A stretch of DNA of 64,000 nt from Gammaproteobacteria bacterium (GTDB lineage: Bacteria; Pseudomonadota; Gammaproteobacteria; Arenicellales; UBA868): assembly GCA_022450155.1 (NCBI GenBank), contig JAKUQR010000014.1:2539-66538 (forward strand). The letters are read 5' to 3'. This document shows, in pieces, positions 48,894 through 60,173 of the stretch. A model generated the notes under the pieces. The model saw only the letters and a program-made list of their open reading frames with translations, was not told the origin of the DNA and searched no databases. The number at the start of each line of letters is the position of its first letter. Position 1 is the first letter of the stretch. The position numbers and the translations under genes are program-made.

Positions 48894-49544
48894 ATGACGG
48901 ATACCGTACCCACACAGACCTATTCTGAACTAAACGCCCTGCGCACGTTCATGGGAAAACCTTCCGAACTTGCGACCAAAAAAAGCATCACCCGGCTTGA
49001 CAAACACTGTCGTGAATTCATCAGTCGATCACCATTCGTCTGCATCGGCACGACCGATGGCACCGGCAAAGCCGACGTGAGCCCCAAAGGTGACCCACCC
49101 GGGTTCGTACAGGTACTGGACGATAAAACACTCTTTATCCCGGACCGCCCGGGCAACAACAGAATCGATTCAATGTCGAACCTACTCAAAGATCCGGCCA
49201 TCGCCTTACTATTTCTGATACCCGGCTTTGACGAAACACTCCGAGTTAATGGCAAAGGCACCGTAATTCGTGATGAAACTCTCAACGCAACCAGCACGGT
49301 TAAAGGCCGGTCACCCAAGATCGGTATCAAGGTGCAAGTTGATTCCGCATTTCTGCATTGCGCGAAAGCGCTCAAACGATCCCATTTGTGGGACCCCAAA
49401 AGTATTCAGAATCGGCAAGAAATGCCCAGTCTGGGTCGAATGATCATCGAACAGACCACACCGCCCGGCACAACGGCCGATCAGGCGGATATCTCAGATG
49501 CCGATGACCACGTCCAAGAGAGTATCCGTTCGCATTTGTATTGA
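48894..49544 (+). CDS. pyridoxamine 5'-phosphate oxidase-like FMN-binding (split-barrel) protein
   Basis: PFVCIGTTDGTGKADVSPKGD... N-terminal split-barrel signature. 216 aa. Confidence 0.65.
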   Translation: MTDTVPTQTYSELNALRTFMGKPSELATKKSITRLDKHCREFISRSPFVCIGTTDGTGKADVSPKGDPPGFVQVLDDKTLFIPDRPGNNRIDSMSNLLKDPAIALLFLIPGFDETLRVNGKGTVIRDETLNATSTVKGRSPKIGIKVQVDSAFLHCAKALKRSHLWDPKSIQNRQEMPSLGRMIIEQTTPPGTTADQADISDADDHVQESIRSHLY

Positions 49545-49589
49545 CGGTCTCTGCGGGTGCCCCCGCTGACAGTGAGGCAACAGACTCAA

Positions 49590-50036
49590 TCAGGTCATAC
49601 CTTCAAGCTTCTGGATCTTCTCGACCAGACCTGGCGGGAAATCACATTTTTTCTGCTTGCCGTAGTCGAAACCGACAATGACCGCCTTACTGTGGGCCGC
49701 AACCTTCTGATGATTACAGCTGAACACAACATGCTGTATGACAAAATAATCTTTTCCCAGCTCAATGACTTTTCCACCCACCAGGACTTTATCCGGCCAG
49801 GTCAGGGGTAGACGAAAGTTGCAATCTATAGACTTGAGTATGCCGGTTCTACCCGATTGCGCACCCATCGATTGCAGTTTCACTTTCTCGAAATACCCAA
49901 ACCGGGCCGTCTCCATCCAGCGGACATAGACGGTGTTGTTAACGTGCTGCATCGAATCCATCTCGCCCCACACGACCGGCAGTTCTACCACCACCGGGAA
50001 AGTATCGTAAACCGCCTGTTCGCTGAATAATTCCAC
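49590..50036 (-). CDS. hotdog-fold acyl-CoA thioesterase (YbgC/4HBT family)
   Basis: 148 aa. WGEMDSMQHVNNTVYVRWMETAR... 4HBT catalytic-Asp region. Confidence 0.7.
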   Translation of the reverse strand: MELFSEQAVYDTFPVVVELPVVWGEMDSMQHVNNTVYVRWMETARFGYFEKVKLQSMGAQSGRTGILKSIDCNFRLPLTWPDKVLVGGKVIELGKDYFVIQHVVFSCNHQKVAAHSKAVIVGFDYGKQKKCDFPPGLVEKIQKLEGMT

Positions 50037-50086
50037 AACTAATAAGATTTAAGTTCGCACTCTGACTATTTCAAATGCAATCTGTA

Positions 50087-51049
50087 CTATTGCGGACAAA
50101 TCTCGCACAGCAGCTCGATATTGCGCCGGCCCTCTTCGCCGGACACCTCTGGGTCCCGACCGTCTTCGATCGCAGAAACAAAGTCTGCAATCTCACCGGC
50201 GTAGGGATTGACTTCGGTAAATGTAATCTGACCGCTGTCAGTATCAATCCGGCCCCCTCCTCCTCGGCCAATAGTTTCGGAACAGTAGGCATAACCTGTG
50301 GTGCCACAGATTTCACCGCGATTGGGTGCCGCAAACAGGGCCGATGACACAAACTGGGCCACAGCACCGGATTCGAACTGAAGACTGACCGCGGCGGATT
50401 CGTCGTGGGCACTGCCCAGCACATTTCGGGTGATGGTGCTCGCGACCTCTGTCACCTCACCGCACACCGGCACCAGCATCCAGCGCAACCAGTCTAGGCT
50501 GTGTGTTCCGACGCCAGCCAGGCTCCACCAGCGCCCAACTTCATCGTGGGCCCGCCAGTTGGCCGCGTTGGATGCTTGAAATGTCCATTGCGCACGCGCA
50601 TGACGGATATCACCGAAGTCACCGGCATGTACGCGCGCAGCAAGTTCCCGGTGACCCAGGTGCCATCGTAAGTGGTAGGCAACGCCCAGTCGAACATCAG
50701 CGCTTCGGCATGCCTGGATCATGGCATCAGCATCTTCGACAGTAGTGGCCATGGGTTTTTCCACCAGAACGTGCTTACCCGCAGCTGCTGCTGCTATGGT
50801 TTGCTCGGCATGCAGCTTGTCTGGTGTAGCAATCACCACGGCATCGAGGTCTGGATCAGATAGAAAATGCTTCAGGTCATCGAAAGCCGGCGTCGGGGAA
50901 GCCGCGTCGTGCTCTTGTGCAAAGCGGGCGGCATTCGCCTTATCTCGGCTGAGCACGCTCCACAATGTGGCGCCATCAACTTCACCGATGGCTGGCGTCA
51001 GTGCATCACGACTGATGCTGCCTGTTCCAATTATTCCGAGTCTCAACAT
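50087..51049 (-). CDS. Gfo/Idh/MocA-family NAD(P)-dependent oxidoreductase
   Basis: MLRLGIIGTGSISRD... Rossmann start and EKP motif (HVLVEKPMA). Confidence 0.8.
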   Translation of the reverse strand: MLRLGIIGTGSISRDALTPAIGEVDGATLWSVLSRDKANAARFAQEHDAASPTPAFDDLKHFLSDPDLDAVVIATPDKLHAEQTIAAAAAGKHVLVEKPMATTVEDADAMIQACRSADVRLGVAYHLRWHLGHRELAARVHAGDFGDIRHARAQWTFQASNAANWRAHDEVGRWWSLAGVGTHSLDWLRWMLVPVCGEVTEVASTITRNVLGSAHDESAAVSLQFESGAVAQFVSSALFAAPNRGEICGTTGYAYCSETIGRGGGGRIDTDSGQITFTEVNPYAGEIADFVSAIEDGRDPEVSGEEGRRNIELLCEICPQ

Positions 51050-51295
51050 GGTTTACCCCAAAGTGCAAAACGTCGATTCTACCCTCGCGCAAACCATTTA
51101 CAATACGATTACAACAAGCCGCCGGCCATCACTGCCCGCACGATTCCAGAGTGACTTGATTCCAGATCGGTGCCAAATTGTGTTCGATCGCTGTGGACCA
51201 ATCTGTAGTCTACGCGGGTCGCAAAGCCCTTTCGCTCAACGCATAGACACCGTAATATTACAGTGACGTCTGATTCAGACCCCGGGAGTCACGTC

Positions 51296-52084
51296 ATGAA
51301 ACTTGATTGCGATCAGATAGAACAATTTAATTCCGAAGGGTATTTATTTATCCCAGGCTGTTTCTCGGCTACAGACGCATCCCGGCTGCTCCAGGAATCC
51401 AATAAGGTTTACGCCATGGCCCGGGAAGAAGTTGTTCGTGAAAAAAGTGGTGTTGCCCGTACTGCTTTTGCAGCACACACCTACAATGAGGGATTTCGCC
51501 TACTGGGCGCTCATCCGCGCCTGATTAAACCTGTCATGCAGCTACTCGACGAAGACGTCTACATGCACCAATACAAAGTCAATGCGAAAGCCGCATTTGA
51601 CGGGGAAGTTTGGCAATGGCACCAGGATTTCGGGACCTGGCATCGTGATGACGAAATGCCAGAACCCCGTGCCATGAACATTGCTATCTATCTGGACGAT
51701 GTCACCGCAGCCAATGGGCCACTACTGTTTATACCCAGAAGTCACAAGGATGGCACGCTGCCTGCTGGACATGACATCGAGACAACGTCGTACCCGCTAT
51801 GGACTCTGGACAGGGAAACCGTGACCCGGTTGGCTGAACAGGGTGGCATCGCAGCACCGGTGGGCAAGGCCGGTTCCATGGTGATATTCCACTGCAATTT
51901 GGTCCACGCCAGCCCACCCAATATCAGCCCTTTCGGCCGCACGATCGTATACTTAAGTCTTTGTGCGGTATCGAACCATATCCGTCGTTATAAACGGGCC
52001 GAGTTTATCGCCCACCGGGATTTCACCCCGATCGTTCCACTGGCTGACAACTGTTTGAGTGATCTGGGAGCAGAGTCTGCTTAG
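51296..52084 (+). CDS. PhyH-family 2OG/Fe(II) dioxygenase with ectoine-hydroxylase (EctD)-like signature
   Basis: WQWHQDFGTWHRDDEMPEP matches the EctD consensus signature W-H-x-D-F-x-T-W-H-x-x-D-x-M-P. The start was placed at ATG 51296 (GGGAG RBS) rather than the GTG at 51263. Confidence 0.75.
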   Translation: MKLDCDQIEQFNSEGYLFIPGCFSATDASRLLQESNKVYAMAREEVVREKSGVARTAFAAHTYNEGFRLLGAHPRLIKPVMQLLDEDVYMHQYKVNAKAAFDGEVWQWHQDFGTWHRDDEMPEPRAMNIAIYLDDVTAANGPLLFIPRSHKDGTLPAGHDIETTSYPLWTLDRETVTRLAEQGGIAAPVGKAGSMVIFHCNLVHASPPNISPFGRTIVYLSLCAVSNHIRRYKRAEFIAHRDFTPIVPLADNCLSDLGAESA

Positions 52085-52194
52085 GGCTGCCCACCCCCAA
52101 ATAACCGGGTTGCGTCACGAGCAGTGCCTGCCAGGCCAGCTTGCACTCTGTAATCCAAAACCTAACGTCTTAATCTCTTCGAATTCAGTACAGC

Positions 52195-53403
52195 ATGACC
52201 AACAGACTCAAAATTAACGGTACCCGTTTTCTCGAGGACCTCGATGCGCTGCGTGAATTCGGAAAACAAGGAATAGGCGTCGTCCGTCCCGCTTTCTCCG
52301 CACCGGATATCGCATCTCGGCGATGGCTGGCCAAAAAATTTGAAGCCTGTGGATTGATACCCCACTGGGACCCGGCTGCTAACCTGTTTGGTCTGCCACC
52401 CCAGTCGGGTCAGCCCATATTAATTGGCTCCCACTCCGACACCCAGCCCGAGGGGGGCTGGCTGGACGGTGCCTATGGCGTGATCCTTGCACTCGAAGTG
52501 GCCCGGTCCAGTCAGGAGTCCGGCGGTCCTCCAGTCGCTGTTGTTTCATTTCAGGATGAAGAGAGTGCATTCATGCCGCTGACCGGCAGTCGCTACTTCA
52601 GCAGGCATTTAAACCTTGATGCCTTATACGACCTGACCAATGCCGCGGGACAGCGTTATGGTGACGAGGCAACAGCGCTGCCGGAGCTCCAGGGGGTTGA
52701 GCCGCTGGAAACCAACTATTTCAGTCATTTTCTTGAGGCCCATATCGAACAAGGGCCCGTACTGGATCTCGCCAATGAGACTATCGGGGTCGTGGAGACA
52801 ATCGTCGGCAGTCGCCAGTTCGAAGTCGTGATTGAAGGACAACAAAATCATGCCGGTACAACGCCGATGTCATTGCGGCGCGATGCCGTAACCGGATTTG
52901 CGGCCTTTGTTGCCGCTCTGGAGCAGCGCTATACAGCTGCCGCTACGCCTCGTTCGGTGTGGACCATTGGCCGGGTACAAGTCCATCCCAATGCGCCCTC
53001 TATCGTGCCGGGCAGTGTCAGCTGTTCTGTCCAGATGAGAGACGGCGCGTTGAGCCAGCTGGACTTGATGTGCGAGATCACACGGGATACAGCACAAGAA
53101 ATTGCCGAGGCACGAAACCTGAAGATTTCATTAGCCCAAAACAAATCTGTTGAACCGGTCGACATGGATGAACGCGTGATCAGTGCTTTTTGTGAAGCGG
53201 CTAACCTGAACGCTCCTGGACGCTGGCGCCGTATGCCGTCGGGTGCTCTACACGACGCCATGAACCTCGCTGACCATATGCCAACCGGCATGCTGTTTGT
53301 GCCTTCGATCGGTGGTGTCAGTCATGCCTTCGAAGAGGATACCCGCAGGGACGATCTGGTTGCCGGGGTCCAGGTTGTGGCCGATACCGTAACTAAGCTG
53401 TAG
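52195..53403 (+). CDS. M20-family Zn-dependent amidohydrolase (allantoate amidohydrolase / N-carbamoyl-L-amino-acid hydrolase type)
   Basis: GSHSDTQP...GG metal-binding region and overall AmaB/AllC-like architecture. 402 aa. Confidence 0.8.
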   Translation: MTNRLKINGTRFLEDLDALREFGKQGIGVVRPAFSAPDIASRRWLAKKFEACGLIPHWDPAANLFGLPPQSGQPILIGSHSDTQPEGGWLDGAYGVILALEVARSSQESGGPPVAVVSFQDEESAFMPLTGSRYFSRHLNLDALYDLTNAAGQRYGDEATALPELQGVEPLETNYFSHFLEAHIEQGPVLDLANETIGVVETIVGSRQFEVVIEGQQNHAGTTPMSLRRDAVTGFAAFVAALEQRYTAAATPRSVWTIGRVQVHPNAPSIVPGSVSCSVQMRDGALSQLDLMCEITRDTAQEIAEARNLKISLAQNKSVEPVDMDERVISAFCEAANLNAPGRWRRMPSGALHDAMNLADHMPTGMLFVPSIGGVSHAFEEDTRRDDLVAGVQVVADTVTKL

Positions 53404-55126
53404 TTGCCTCTTCCAAGCCGAGTTCTTCCGCCATCTTTGCCCGCATGATGAACTTTTGCGGCTTACCGGTCACTGTCATCGGGAACTCCTGGACCGTGTG
53501 GACATACCGGGGAATTTTGAAATGTGCGATTTGCCCGTTGCAATAGTTATAGACGTCATCAACCGACAACTCAATACCCTGGGCCGGAATGATCCAGGCA
53601 CAGATCTCTTCACCGTATTTTTCGTCTGGAATTCCGAAAACCTGGACGTCCTGAATCCCGGGATGGCCGAGCAAATACTCCTCAATCTCCCGCGGATAGA
53701 CATTCTCCCCACCTCGGATCAGCATGTCTTTCACCCGTCCGACAATGTTGCAGTACCCCTGCGAATCAATAGTGGCGAGATCACCCGTATGCATCCATCC
53801 ATCAGCATCAATAGACTCGGACGTGCGCTCCGGGTCGTCCCAGTAACCCCCCATGACCAGATAACCGCGGGTGTGCAGTTCACCTTGTTCTCCGACCACA
53901 ACCGTCTCGCCCGACTCATTCACAACTTTGGCTTCGACATGAGGATGAATCGTGCCAACCGTGGATACCCGCCTCTCAATCGGGTCGTCTACAGCACTCT
54001 GGAAGGAGACTGGGCTGGTCTCGGTCATACCATAGGCGATGGTCATTTCTTCGAGGTGCATCTCCGAAACGACGCGTTTCATCAGTTCAATTGGACAAGG
54101 TGCACCAGCCATAATGCCGGTCCGAAGGGTACGCAGGTCAAATTCACCGATATCCGGTCGATTCACCATCGCATTGAACATGGTCGGCACACCATGAACA
54201 CCCGTACAGCGTTCTTGGTGCATGGTCTGAAGGGTCTGAAGCGGATCGAATCCCTCGCCGGGAAACACCATCGTGCTACCAGTCGAGACACAGGCGAGGT
54301 TGCCTAACACCATACCGAAACAATGATACAACGGCACGGGTATGCACAGCCGGTCCTTGTGATTCAACCGCATTGAGTTCGCAACAAAACGCGCATTATT
54401 GACCACGTTACGATGAGTCAGGGTCGCGGCCTTGGGCGAGCCCGTGGTGCCAGACGTAAACTGCAGGTTAATGGCGTCGACCGCAGACAGCATCCGCCCG
54501 ATCGCGTCTAGCCGGGCCCGCTGGCCGGCATTGTCCTGCATAACGATGTCCTTGAAGCGGAACATGCCGTCGACTTCGTCATTGCCCATGTGAATGACGC
54601 TCTTAAGAGAGGGGAGCCGGGCAGCTGCGAGCTGTCCTGGACGGCAACTCGTGAGCTCTGGTGCGAGATCCTGGAGCATTTCAAGGTAATTACTGGTCTT
54701 GAACGTCTCGGCAGTAATCAACGCCTTAGCACCGGACTTGGCCAGCGCGTACTCCAGTTCCGTCCGCCGATAGGCCGGGTTGATGTTCACCAGTATGGCG
54801 CCGATACGCGCTGTGGCAAATTGAGTAAGCACCCATTCTGGCCGGTTGGGTGCCCATATACCGACCCGATCACCTTTGTAGATACCCAGAGCAAGAAGTC
54901 CTGCTGAAAGCTGATCGACCTTCTGCGCGAGCTGATCCCAGGTCCAGCGCTCGCCAAATTCAGAAAAGATACAGGCATCCCGGTTGCCATGCCTGGACAC
55001 GGTCCGGGCAAGGAAACTTGAGATTGTGATGTCTTCCAGGGCGGGCTCTGCTGTCCCTTTAACATGCGCCAGATTCGATCCGGAAACAAACCCAGACTGC
55101 TCTGATCCTGATTCAACTTCGACCAT
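53393..55126 (-). CDS. AMP-dependent acyl-CoA synthetase/ligase
   Basis: AMP-binding motif [12 protein letters not shown], the GYGMTE region and the C-terminal G-K-x-x-K (GKPQK). 577 aa. Confidence 0.85.
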   Translation of the reverse strand: MVEVESGSEQSGFVSGSNLAHVKGTAEPALEDITISSFLARTVSRHGNRDACIFSEFGERWTWDQLAQKVDQLSAGLLALGIYKGDRVGIWAPNRPEWVLTQFATARIGAILVNINPAYRRTELEYALAKSGAKALITAETFKTSNYLEMLQDLAPELTSCRPGQLAAARLPSLKSVIHMGNDEVDGMFRFKDIVMQDNAGQRARLDAIGRMLSAVDAINLQFTSGTTGSPKAATLTHRNVVNNARFVANSMRLNHKDRLCIPVPLYHCFGMVLGNLACVSTGSTMVFPGEGFDPLQTLQTMHQERCTGVHGVPTMFNAMVNRPDIGEFDLRTLRTGIMAGAPCPIELMKRVVSEMHLEEMTIAYGMTETSPVSFQSAVDDPIERRVSTVGTIHPHVEAKVVNESGETVVVGEQGELHTRGYLVMGGYWDDPERTSESIDADGWMHTGDLATIDSQGYCNIVGRVKDMLIRGGENVYPREIEEYLLGHPGIQDVQVFGIPDEKYGEEICAWIIPAQGIELSVDDVYNYCNGQIAHFKIPRYVHTVQEFPMTVTGKPQKFIMRAKMAEELGLEEATTA

Positions 55127-55154
55127 AAGTGGGTACCTTCGCCCAAGTCCCGAA

Positions 55155-57497
55155 CTACATCTGCTTCCAGTCCCCTAATTGCTCAAAGGCATGCGCAGCC
55201 TGGTAGATGGTAGATTCACCGTAGTGACGGCTGATTAACATCATCCCGACTGGCAGGCCTTCACTCATCCCGCAAGGAACCGACATCGCTGGATGCCCCG
55301 TGACATCAAATGGACTGGTATTCGCGAGCATCTCGAACGCTCTCTGACAATACAAAGCCAGCGATGCATCTGGTGGCGGCAATGGCGTCGCTTTCATCGG
55401 CAATGTCGGCATTAAGAAAAGATCATACTGGCTGAGCGAGTCGTTGTAGGTCTCTTTCAGCTTGCGGCCCAGGTTCTGTGCCTTGGCATAGTAGTGACCC
55501 CGATAATGCCGGAGAAAATATTCACCAACGAACATGCTGATCTTGAGTGTGTCAGACAACTCGTCGGCACGATTCGGCCAGTTTGAATGGTGGTCGAGCA
55601 GGCTAGTCGAGTAAAGACCTTTCCAACCTGTACCAAAGCCATTACCCTTCATCATCTGATTGGTCAGGCCTTCCAGTGCTATCGGGGTCCAGATGGCCGC
55701 TCCCTCGTTGTGCATGGGAATCGATATTTCTTCCACATCTGCTCCCAAATCACGGAGTTTGTCAGCGGCTGTTCGAACCTTTGTATCAACATCAGACTCT
55801 GATTCAGGGCGACCGAATCCCTCCTGCACTACACCAATTTTAAGTCCCCGTACGCCACGACCCAAAGCTGATGTGTAGTGATCCACTTGGGGTGAATATT
55901 GGCGGGGGTCGAGACCATCTTTTCCCGCAATAACTTCAAGCAGCAGCGCGTTGTCGGCGACATTCTGGGTCATGGGTCCAGTATGGTCGATGGTAGTTTC
56001 AATAGGCATAACGCCGGTGTAAGGGACAAGTCCGTGAGTGGGTTTTAGACCATAACATCCACAGTAGGCTGCAGGCATTCGGATCGATCCACCCTGGTCA
56101 CCACCCATGGCCATGTCGACTTCACCGGAAGCCACCAAGGCACCGGAGCCTGAAGACGAACCTCCAGCCGAGTAACCCCTCTTGTGGGGGTTGTGACAGG
56201 GCCCCGTTGCATTGGTATGACTTCCACCAGAAAGGCAAAAATATTCGCAGTGTGCTTTTCCGACAATAGTGCCGCCTGCATCCAGAATACGGGTTACGAT
56301 AGTGGCATCGATATCGGGAATGTAGCCTTCTAGGGTTGAAGCACCATTCATCATCGGCACACCTGCAAGACTGATGTTATCTTTAAGGACAATCGTCCTC
56401 CCAGCCAGAGGTCCACGGGGTGCTCCCTTCACTTCGCACTTGATATACCAGGCATTCAGGGGATTCTCCTCGGGCGAAGGCCGATATCCCGGTGTTCTCG
56501 GGTAATCAACGGTCGGCAGGTAATCGGGCATCGCGTCAACTACGTCGTAGACTTTCATGGTGTCTTCCATGACGTCTAGAAACTCTGTAATCCGTTCGTC
56601 CGAAAGGTGCATTCCGAAATCCAGCGTGATCTCTCTGAGTTGTTCCTGAGTCGGTCTCTTAACAGTCATGTACGTATACCTCTCTTTGTCGGTTGGTGCA
56701 GTCGGTAGGGACTGGCTGACAGTTGGTGTGGTTTCCCTGGTGAGTTCTGTATGGGAGGTGGAAATTGACATCAAGGCCCCAGATCCGAAACCTACAAATT
56801 CTTCGATCAGTGCCGATTCGGATGAGTGCCCATCACCGACTTCGCCGATGATATCGCCTTTCTGCAGCAGCAGTACACGGTCAGACAACGAGGTGACGAA
56901 CTCAAGGTTCTGCTCAACAAGCACGATCGCGAGCCCTTGCTCTGTATTCAGCCTTTTGAGTAGATCACTGATGCCGTCAATGATGGATGGCTGTATACCT
57001 TCTGTGGGCTCATCCAGGAGCACCAGGTCTGGTTTGCTGATTAGGCAGCGTGCGAGGGCAAGAATCTGCTGCTCACCACCGCTCAAAGCTCCTCCAGACC
57101 GATCGAGCAGTGGCTGGAGAGCCGGAAATTCCTGAATGACAGCTTCGATTGCCTCGTGCTCTTCCTCTCCATGTTCCACGACTCCCATCCTGAGATTGTC
57201 GTAGACCGATAGCTGAGGAAATATCCCACGGCCCTGTGGAACATAACCCAACCCAAGCCGGGATCGTTCGTATGCCGGTTCGTCAGAAATATCCACCCCG
57301 TCGAACTCTATTCGACCAGAGGTTGCCGGAACGATACCCATCAACGTTTTGAGCAGAGTAGTCTTGCCCATGCCGTTGTGTCCCAACACCCCAACGATTT
57401 GACCTTCGTTGACAGAGAAATCGATGCCATGAAGCACGGGTACTCGACCATAACCCGCGTGCAGGTCCCGAACATTGAGGATCAGCGCTTCACTCAT
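55155..57497 (-). CDS. fusion protein: N-terminal LivF-type ABC transporter ATPase plus C-terminal amidase-signature amidase
   Basis: aa 1-~235 carry Walker [10 protein letters not shown], signature [15 protein letters not shown] and Walker B LVLLDEP. A ~35-aa linker follows. aa ~270-780 carry [14 protein letters not shown]...[16 protein letters not shown]. The ORF is continuous with no stop between domains. An internal ATG (56669) preceded by GAGAGG also exists. Confidence 0.85.
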   Translation of the reverse strand: MSEALILNVRDLHAGYGRVPVLHGIDFSVNEGQIVGVLGHNGMGKTTLLKTLMGIVPATSGRIEFDGVDISDEPAYERSRLGLGYVPQGRGIFPQLSVYDNLRMGVVEHGEEEHEAIEAVIQEFPALQPLLDRSGGALSGGEQQILALARCLISKPDLVLLDEPTEGIQPSIIDGISDLLKRLNTEQGLAIVLVEQNLEFVTSLSDRVLLLQKGDIIGEVGDGHSSESALIEEFVGFGSGALMSISTSHTELTRETTPTVSQSLPTAPTDKERYTYMTVKRPTQEQLREITLDFGMHLSDERITEFLDVMEDTMKVYDVVDAMPDYLPTVDYPRTPGYRPSPEENPLNAWYIKCEVKGAPRGPLAGRTIVLKDNISLAGVPMMNGASTLEGYIPDIDATIVTRILDAGGTIVGKAHCEYFCLSGGSHTNATGPCHNPHKRGYSAGGSSSGSGALVASGEVDMAMGGDQGGSIRMPAAYCGCYGLKPTHGLVPYTGVMPIETTIDHTGPMTQNVADNALLLEVIAGKDGLDPRQYSPQVDHYTSALGRGVRGLKIGVVQEGFGRPESESDVDTKVRTAADKLRDLGADVEEISIPMHNEGAAIWTPIALEGLTNQMMKGNGFGTGWKGLYSTSLLDHHSNWPNRADELSDTLKISMFVGEYFLRHYRGHYYAKAQNLGRKLKETYNDSLSQYDLFLMPTLPMKATPLPPPDASLALYCQRAFEMLANTSPFDVTGHPAMSVPCGMSEGLPVGMMLISRHYGESTIYQAAHAFEQLGDWKQM

Positions 57498-58219
57498 TGT
57501 ACTTTCCTCTGGCCAAGATAGATCTCACGAACCCTGTCGTCCGCGGACACTTCATCCATACCACCCTCTATCAAGATTTGTCCTTGGTGAAAGACGGTGA
57601 CTCTTCGCGCGATCATGCGAATAAACTGCATATCGTGCTCCACAACGATCATCGTTGCGCTCTTGTTAATTTCCTGGATGATATCGGCAGTTCGTATGAC
57701 CTCGTCCTGGGTCATCCCAGCAGTAGGCTCATCCAAAATCACCAACCAGGGTTCACCTGCGAGAACCATACCCAGTTCAACCTGTTGTCTCTGGCCATGA
57801 GCCAGTGATCCAAGCTGTGCTGTCCGAACATCACCCAGTTGAAGTCGCTCAATGACCTCAGAGGTAATCACGCGCGCGCGCTTTATGCTGGCCGACTGGC
57901 TGGCCGACAACCAGATATTCTCTTCTACGTCTAGACCGTCAAATACATTTGGCACTTGTGTCTTAATGCCTACCCCCATTTTCGCCACCTGATGTGGCTC
58001 ACTGCCGGTCACATTGAAGTTCCGGATGAGAACATCACCGGCTGTAGGGCTCAACTGGGCGGTAAGACACTTAAAAAACGTGCTTTTACCCGCACCATTT
58101 GGACCAATCAGGCAGCGTAATTCATTCTCGCGCAGAGAAAAGTCCACACGGTCTACTGCCACGACGCCGCCAAAATGCATTGACAGGTTCCGGGTTTCGA
58201 GTACGACGTCACTCCTCAA
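57494..58219 (-). CDS. LivG-type ABC transporter ATP-binding protein
   Basis: Walker A GPNGAGKST, signature LAHGQRQQVELGM and Walker B LVILDEP. The start was re-called to TTG 58219 with a perfect AGGAGG SD 6 nt upstream. The GTG at 58249 would overlap livM by 41 nt. Confidence 0.8.
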   Translation of the reverse strand: MRSDVVLETRNLSMHFGGVVAVDRVDFSLRENELRCLIGPNGAGKSTFFKCLTAQLSPTAGDVLIRNFNVTGSEPHQVAKMGVGIKTQVPNVFDGLDVEENIWLSASQSASIKRARVITSEVIERLQLGDVRTAQLGSLAHGQRQQVELGMVLAGEPWLVILDEPTAGMTQDEVIRTADIIQEINKSATMIVVEHDMQFIRMIARRVTVFHQGQILIEGGMDEVSADDRVREIYLGQRKVQ

Positions 58220-59270
58220 CTGCGGCCTCCTTGACTCGGGATCGCCCACGACGCCTTATTCTTTTCGCGGAGCGAGCTGTCATCCGACGGGAGCGCCTTC
58301 GGTCCCATAGCTGCACCAGGGAGGGAACGATGCCCTTGGGAACGACCAGTACAAAAATGATCAGAACGAGACCAAGGAAAAAATTGATATTGACCACAGC
58401 CTGGCGACCAAGAAAAGAGGTGAGATAAAACAGGACCAAGGCCCCGAGAATCGGCCCAATTAGCGTTCCTCGCCCCCCAATAATGACCCAGATTATAGCC
58501 AGTGCCGCGTTATACAGATTGTAAACATCCGGGGTAATTCGGCCGATTGAATTCGCAAACATGACGCCGGCCAGTCCCGCGATGGCACCGCCAACAGTAA
58601 ACATTCCTAACTTATATAGGCGAATGTCGTAACCCAAAAGCTCCGAACGAATTTCATTCTCTCTGATAGAAACAGAAACTCGACCAAAATGGGACTTTGT
58701 CAGCCATACACAAAGGAAATACGCGCCCAGCAATGAGACCATGGCAACGTAGAACACGTCCTCGGGAAATAGAAACTGATTCGCATCCCAGGGATAATTA
58801 ATTGGCGGCACGTTGATCCCGTTAAAACCGCCAATTTTTGCGATCCCAATTTTATACTCAGGACCAGAGGTCCGCCTGATGACGCTGTAGAGAATGAGCG
58901 TTACTGTCAGGGTGATCACGGCCAGGTAGACGTCGCTCAAACGTCCGTAGAACATAAAGTAGCCTAGAACAGCCGCGGCGGCGCCGGCAACCACTATCGC
59001 GAGAACAATTGCACCTGTACTACCTCCAAAGTTCAGTGCTGCGATAGCGTACGCATAAGCACCAATACCAAAAAATGCTGTTTGTCCAAAACAAAGAATT
59101 CCCCCAAAACCCCAGATCAGCCCTAGGCTCAACGCCAGTATGGCAAGACTGACCGCAGTAGTCAGACTGATGATCCCAAAAAGATCAAGCGTCTGCGGTG
59201 CGCCAAATAAGATGATCAGCCCGACTATCCCGATCGAGATAAGCGCGTTCGTATCCCGAGATCGTTTCAC
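58209..59270 (-). CDS. LivM-type branched-chain/amide ABC transporter permease
   Basis: 353 aa, ~10 TM segments, LivM-like conserved loop. Arg-rich C-terminal tail. Confidence 0.85.
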   Translation of the reverse strand: MKRSRDTNALISIGIVGLIILFGAPQTLDLFGIISLTTAVSLAILALSLGLIWGFGGILCFGQTAFFGIGAYAYAIAALNFGGSTGAIVLAIVVAGAAAAVLGYFMFYGRLSDVYLAVITLTVTLILYSVIRRTSGPEYKIGIAKIGGFNGINVPPINYPWDANQFLFPEDVFYVAMVSLLGAYFLCVWLTKSHFGRVSVSIRENEIRSELLGYDIRLYKLGMFTVGGAIAGLAGVMFANSIGRITPDVYNLYNAALAIIWVIIGGRGTLIGPILGALVLFYLTSFLGRQAVVNINFFLGLVLIIFVLVVPKGIVPSLVQLWDRRRSRRMTARSAKRIRRRGRSRVKEAAVEE

Positions 59271-60136
59271 AGACTTCGCTTGAAGAAGCGGCCGGTGATG
59301 CCCTGAGGCATCAACCGAAGCAGAACGATCGCGAGCAGGAGCAGTGCTACTTCACCCATGGTTGGACCGATCACAAAACTGATGATGCCGTTAACCCCGC
59401 CTAACAGAATCGAGGCCGCAGCAGTACCCGCCAGGATCGCAGTGCCGCCAGAGATGACCGTAATGAATGCCTTTCCGATATAAATTGCCCCGATCGTTGG
59501 CAGGATACCGGTAATGGGTGCCAGCAATCCGCCAGCGAGACCTGACAGCGCAGCACCAATCCCAAAAGTCATGGAGTAGACGCGCTGTGTGCTAATACCC
59601 AGCGCAGCGGCCATATCAGCTGCCTGCATGGTTCCACGGGCAACCAGTCCCAGCTTCGTGTAACGCAACAGAAGATACAGCAGCAGGATCAGGATGATCG
59701 CCACAAAAATTAGGAAAACCTCGTACCCGCTGGAACTGAACTCGCCAATGGGAATTGGACCAAACGGTGCAGATATTGTCGTGGTCGTCTGGGCTCCGAA
59801 TATGGTGGTAATGAGTCCGATAAAAAGCAGGCTCAGTCCCCATGTTGCCAGCAGGGTATCGACCATACGGCCGTATAGAAACCGTATCAGTACCCATTCG
59901 ACGATCAGGCCAATGAGACCAACAACCAGCGGTGCCAGGATGAACATCGCTACCCAGATATTTACGCCGCTGTTTGTTGACACGATGACCGTGTAACCGC
60001 CCAACATCAGGAACTCACCATGGGCGAGGTTGATAACCCGCATCATGCCGAAAATAACCGCCAACCCGATGCTTATAAGCACCAGGTTGGCGATGCCATA
60101 GATGATTTGCAGCGTAAGAGCTGCAAAAAGATCCAC
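59267..60136 (-). CDS. LivH-type ABC transporter permease
   Basis: 289 aa polytopic permease with 4-nt overlap to livM, the typical livHM arrangement. Confidence 0.85.
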   Translation of the reverse strand: MDLFAALTLQIIYGIANLVLISIGLAVIFGMMRVINLAHGEFLMLGGYTVIVSTNSGVNIWVAMFILAPLVVGLIGLIVEWVLIRFLYGRMVDTLLATWGLSLLFIGLITTIFGAQTTTTISAPFGPIPIGEFSSSGYEVFLIFVAIILILLLYLLLRYTKLGLVARGTMQAADMAAALGISTQRVYSMTFGIGAALSGLAGGLLAPITGILPTIGAIYIGKAFITVISGGTAILAGTAAASILLGGVNGIISFVIGPTMGEVALLLLAIVLLRLMPQGITGRFFKRSL

Positions 60137-60173
60137 TGGCGGATTCCCTAGCGGCTATCGACCCAAGTCAGAT

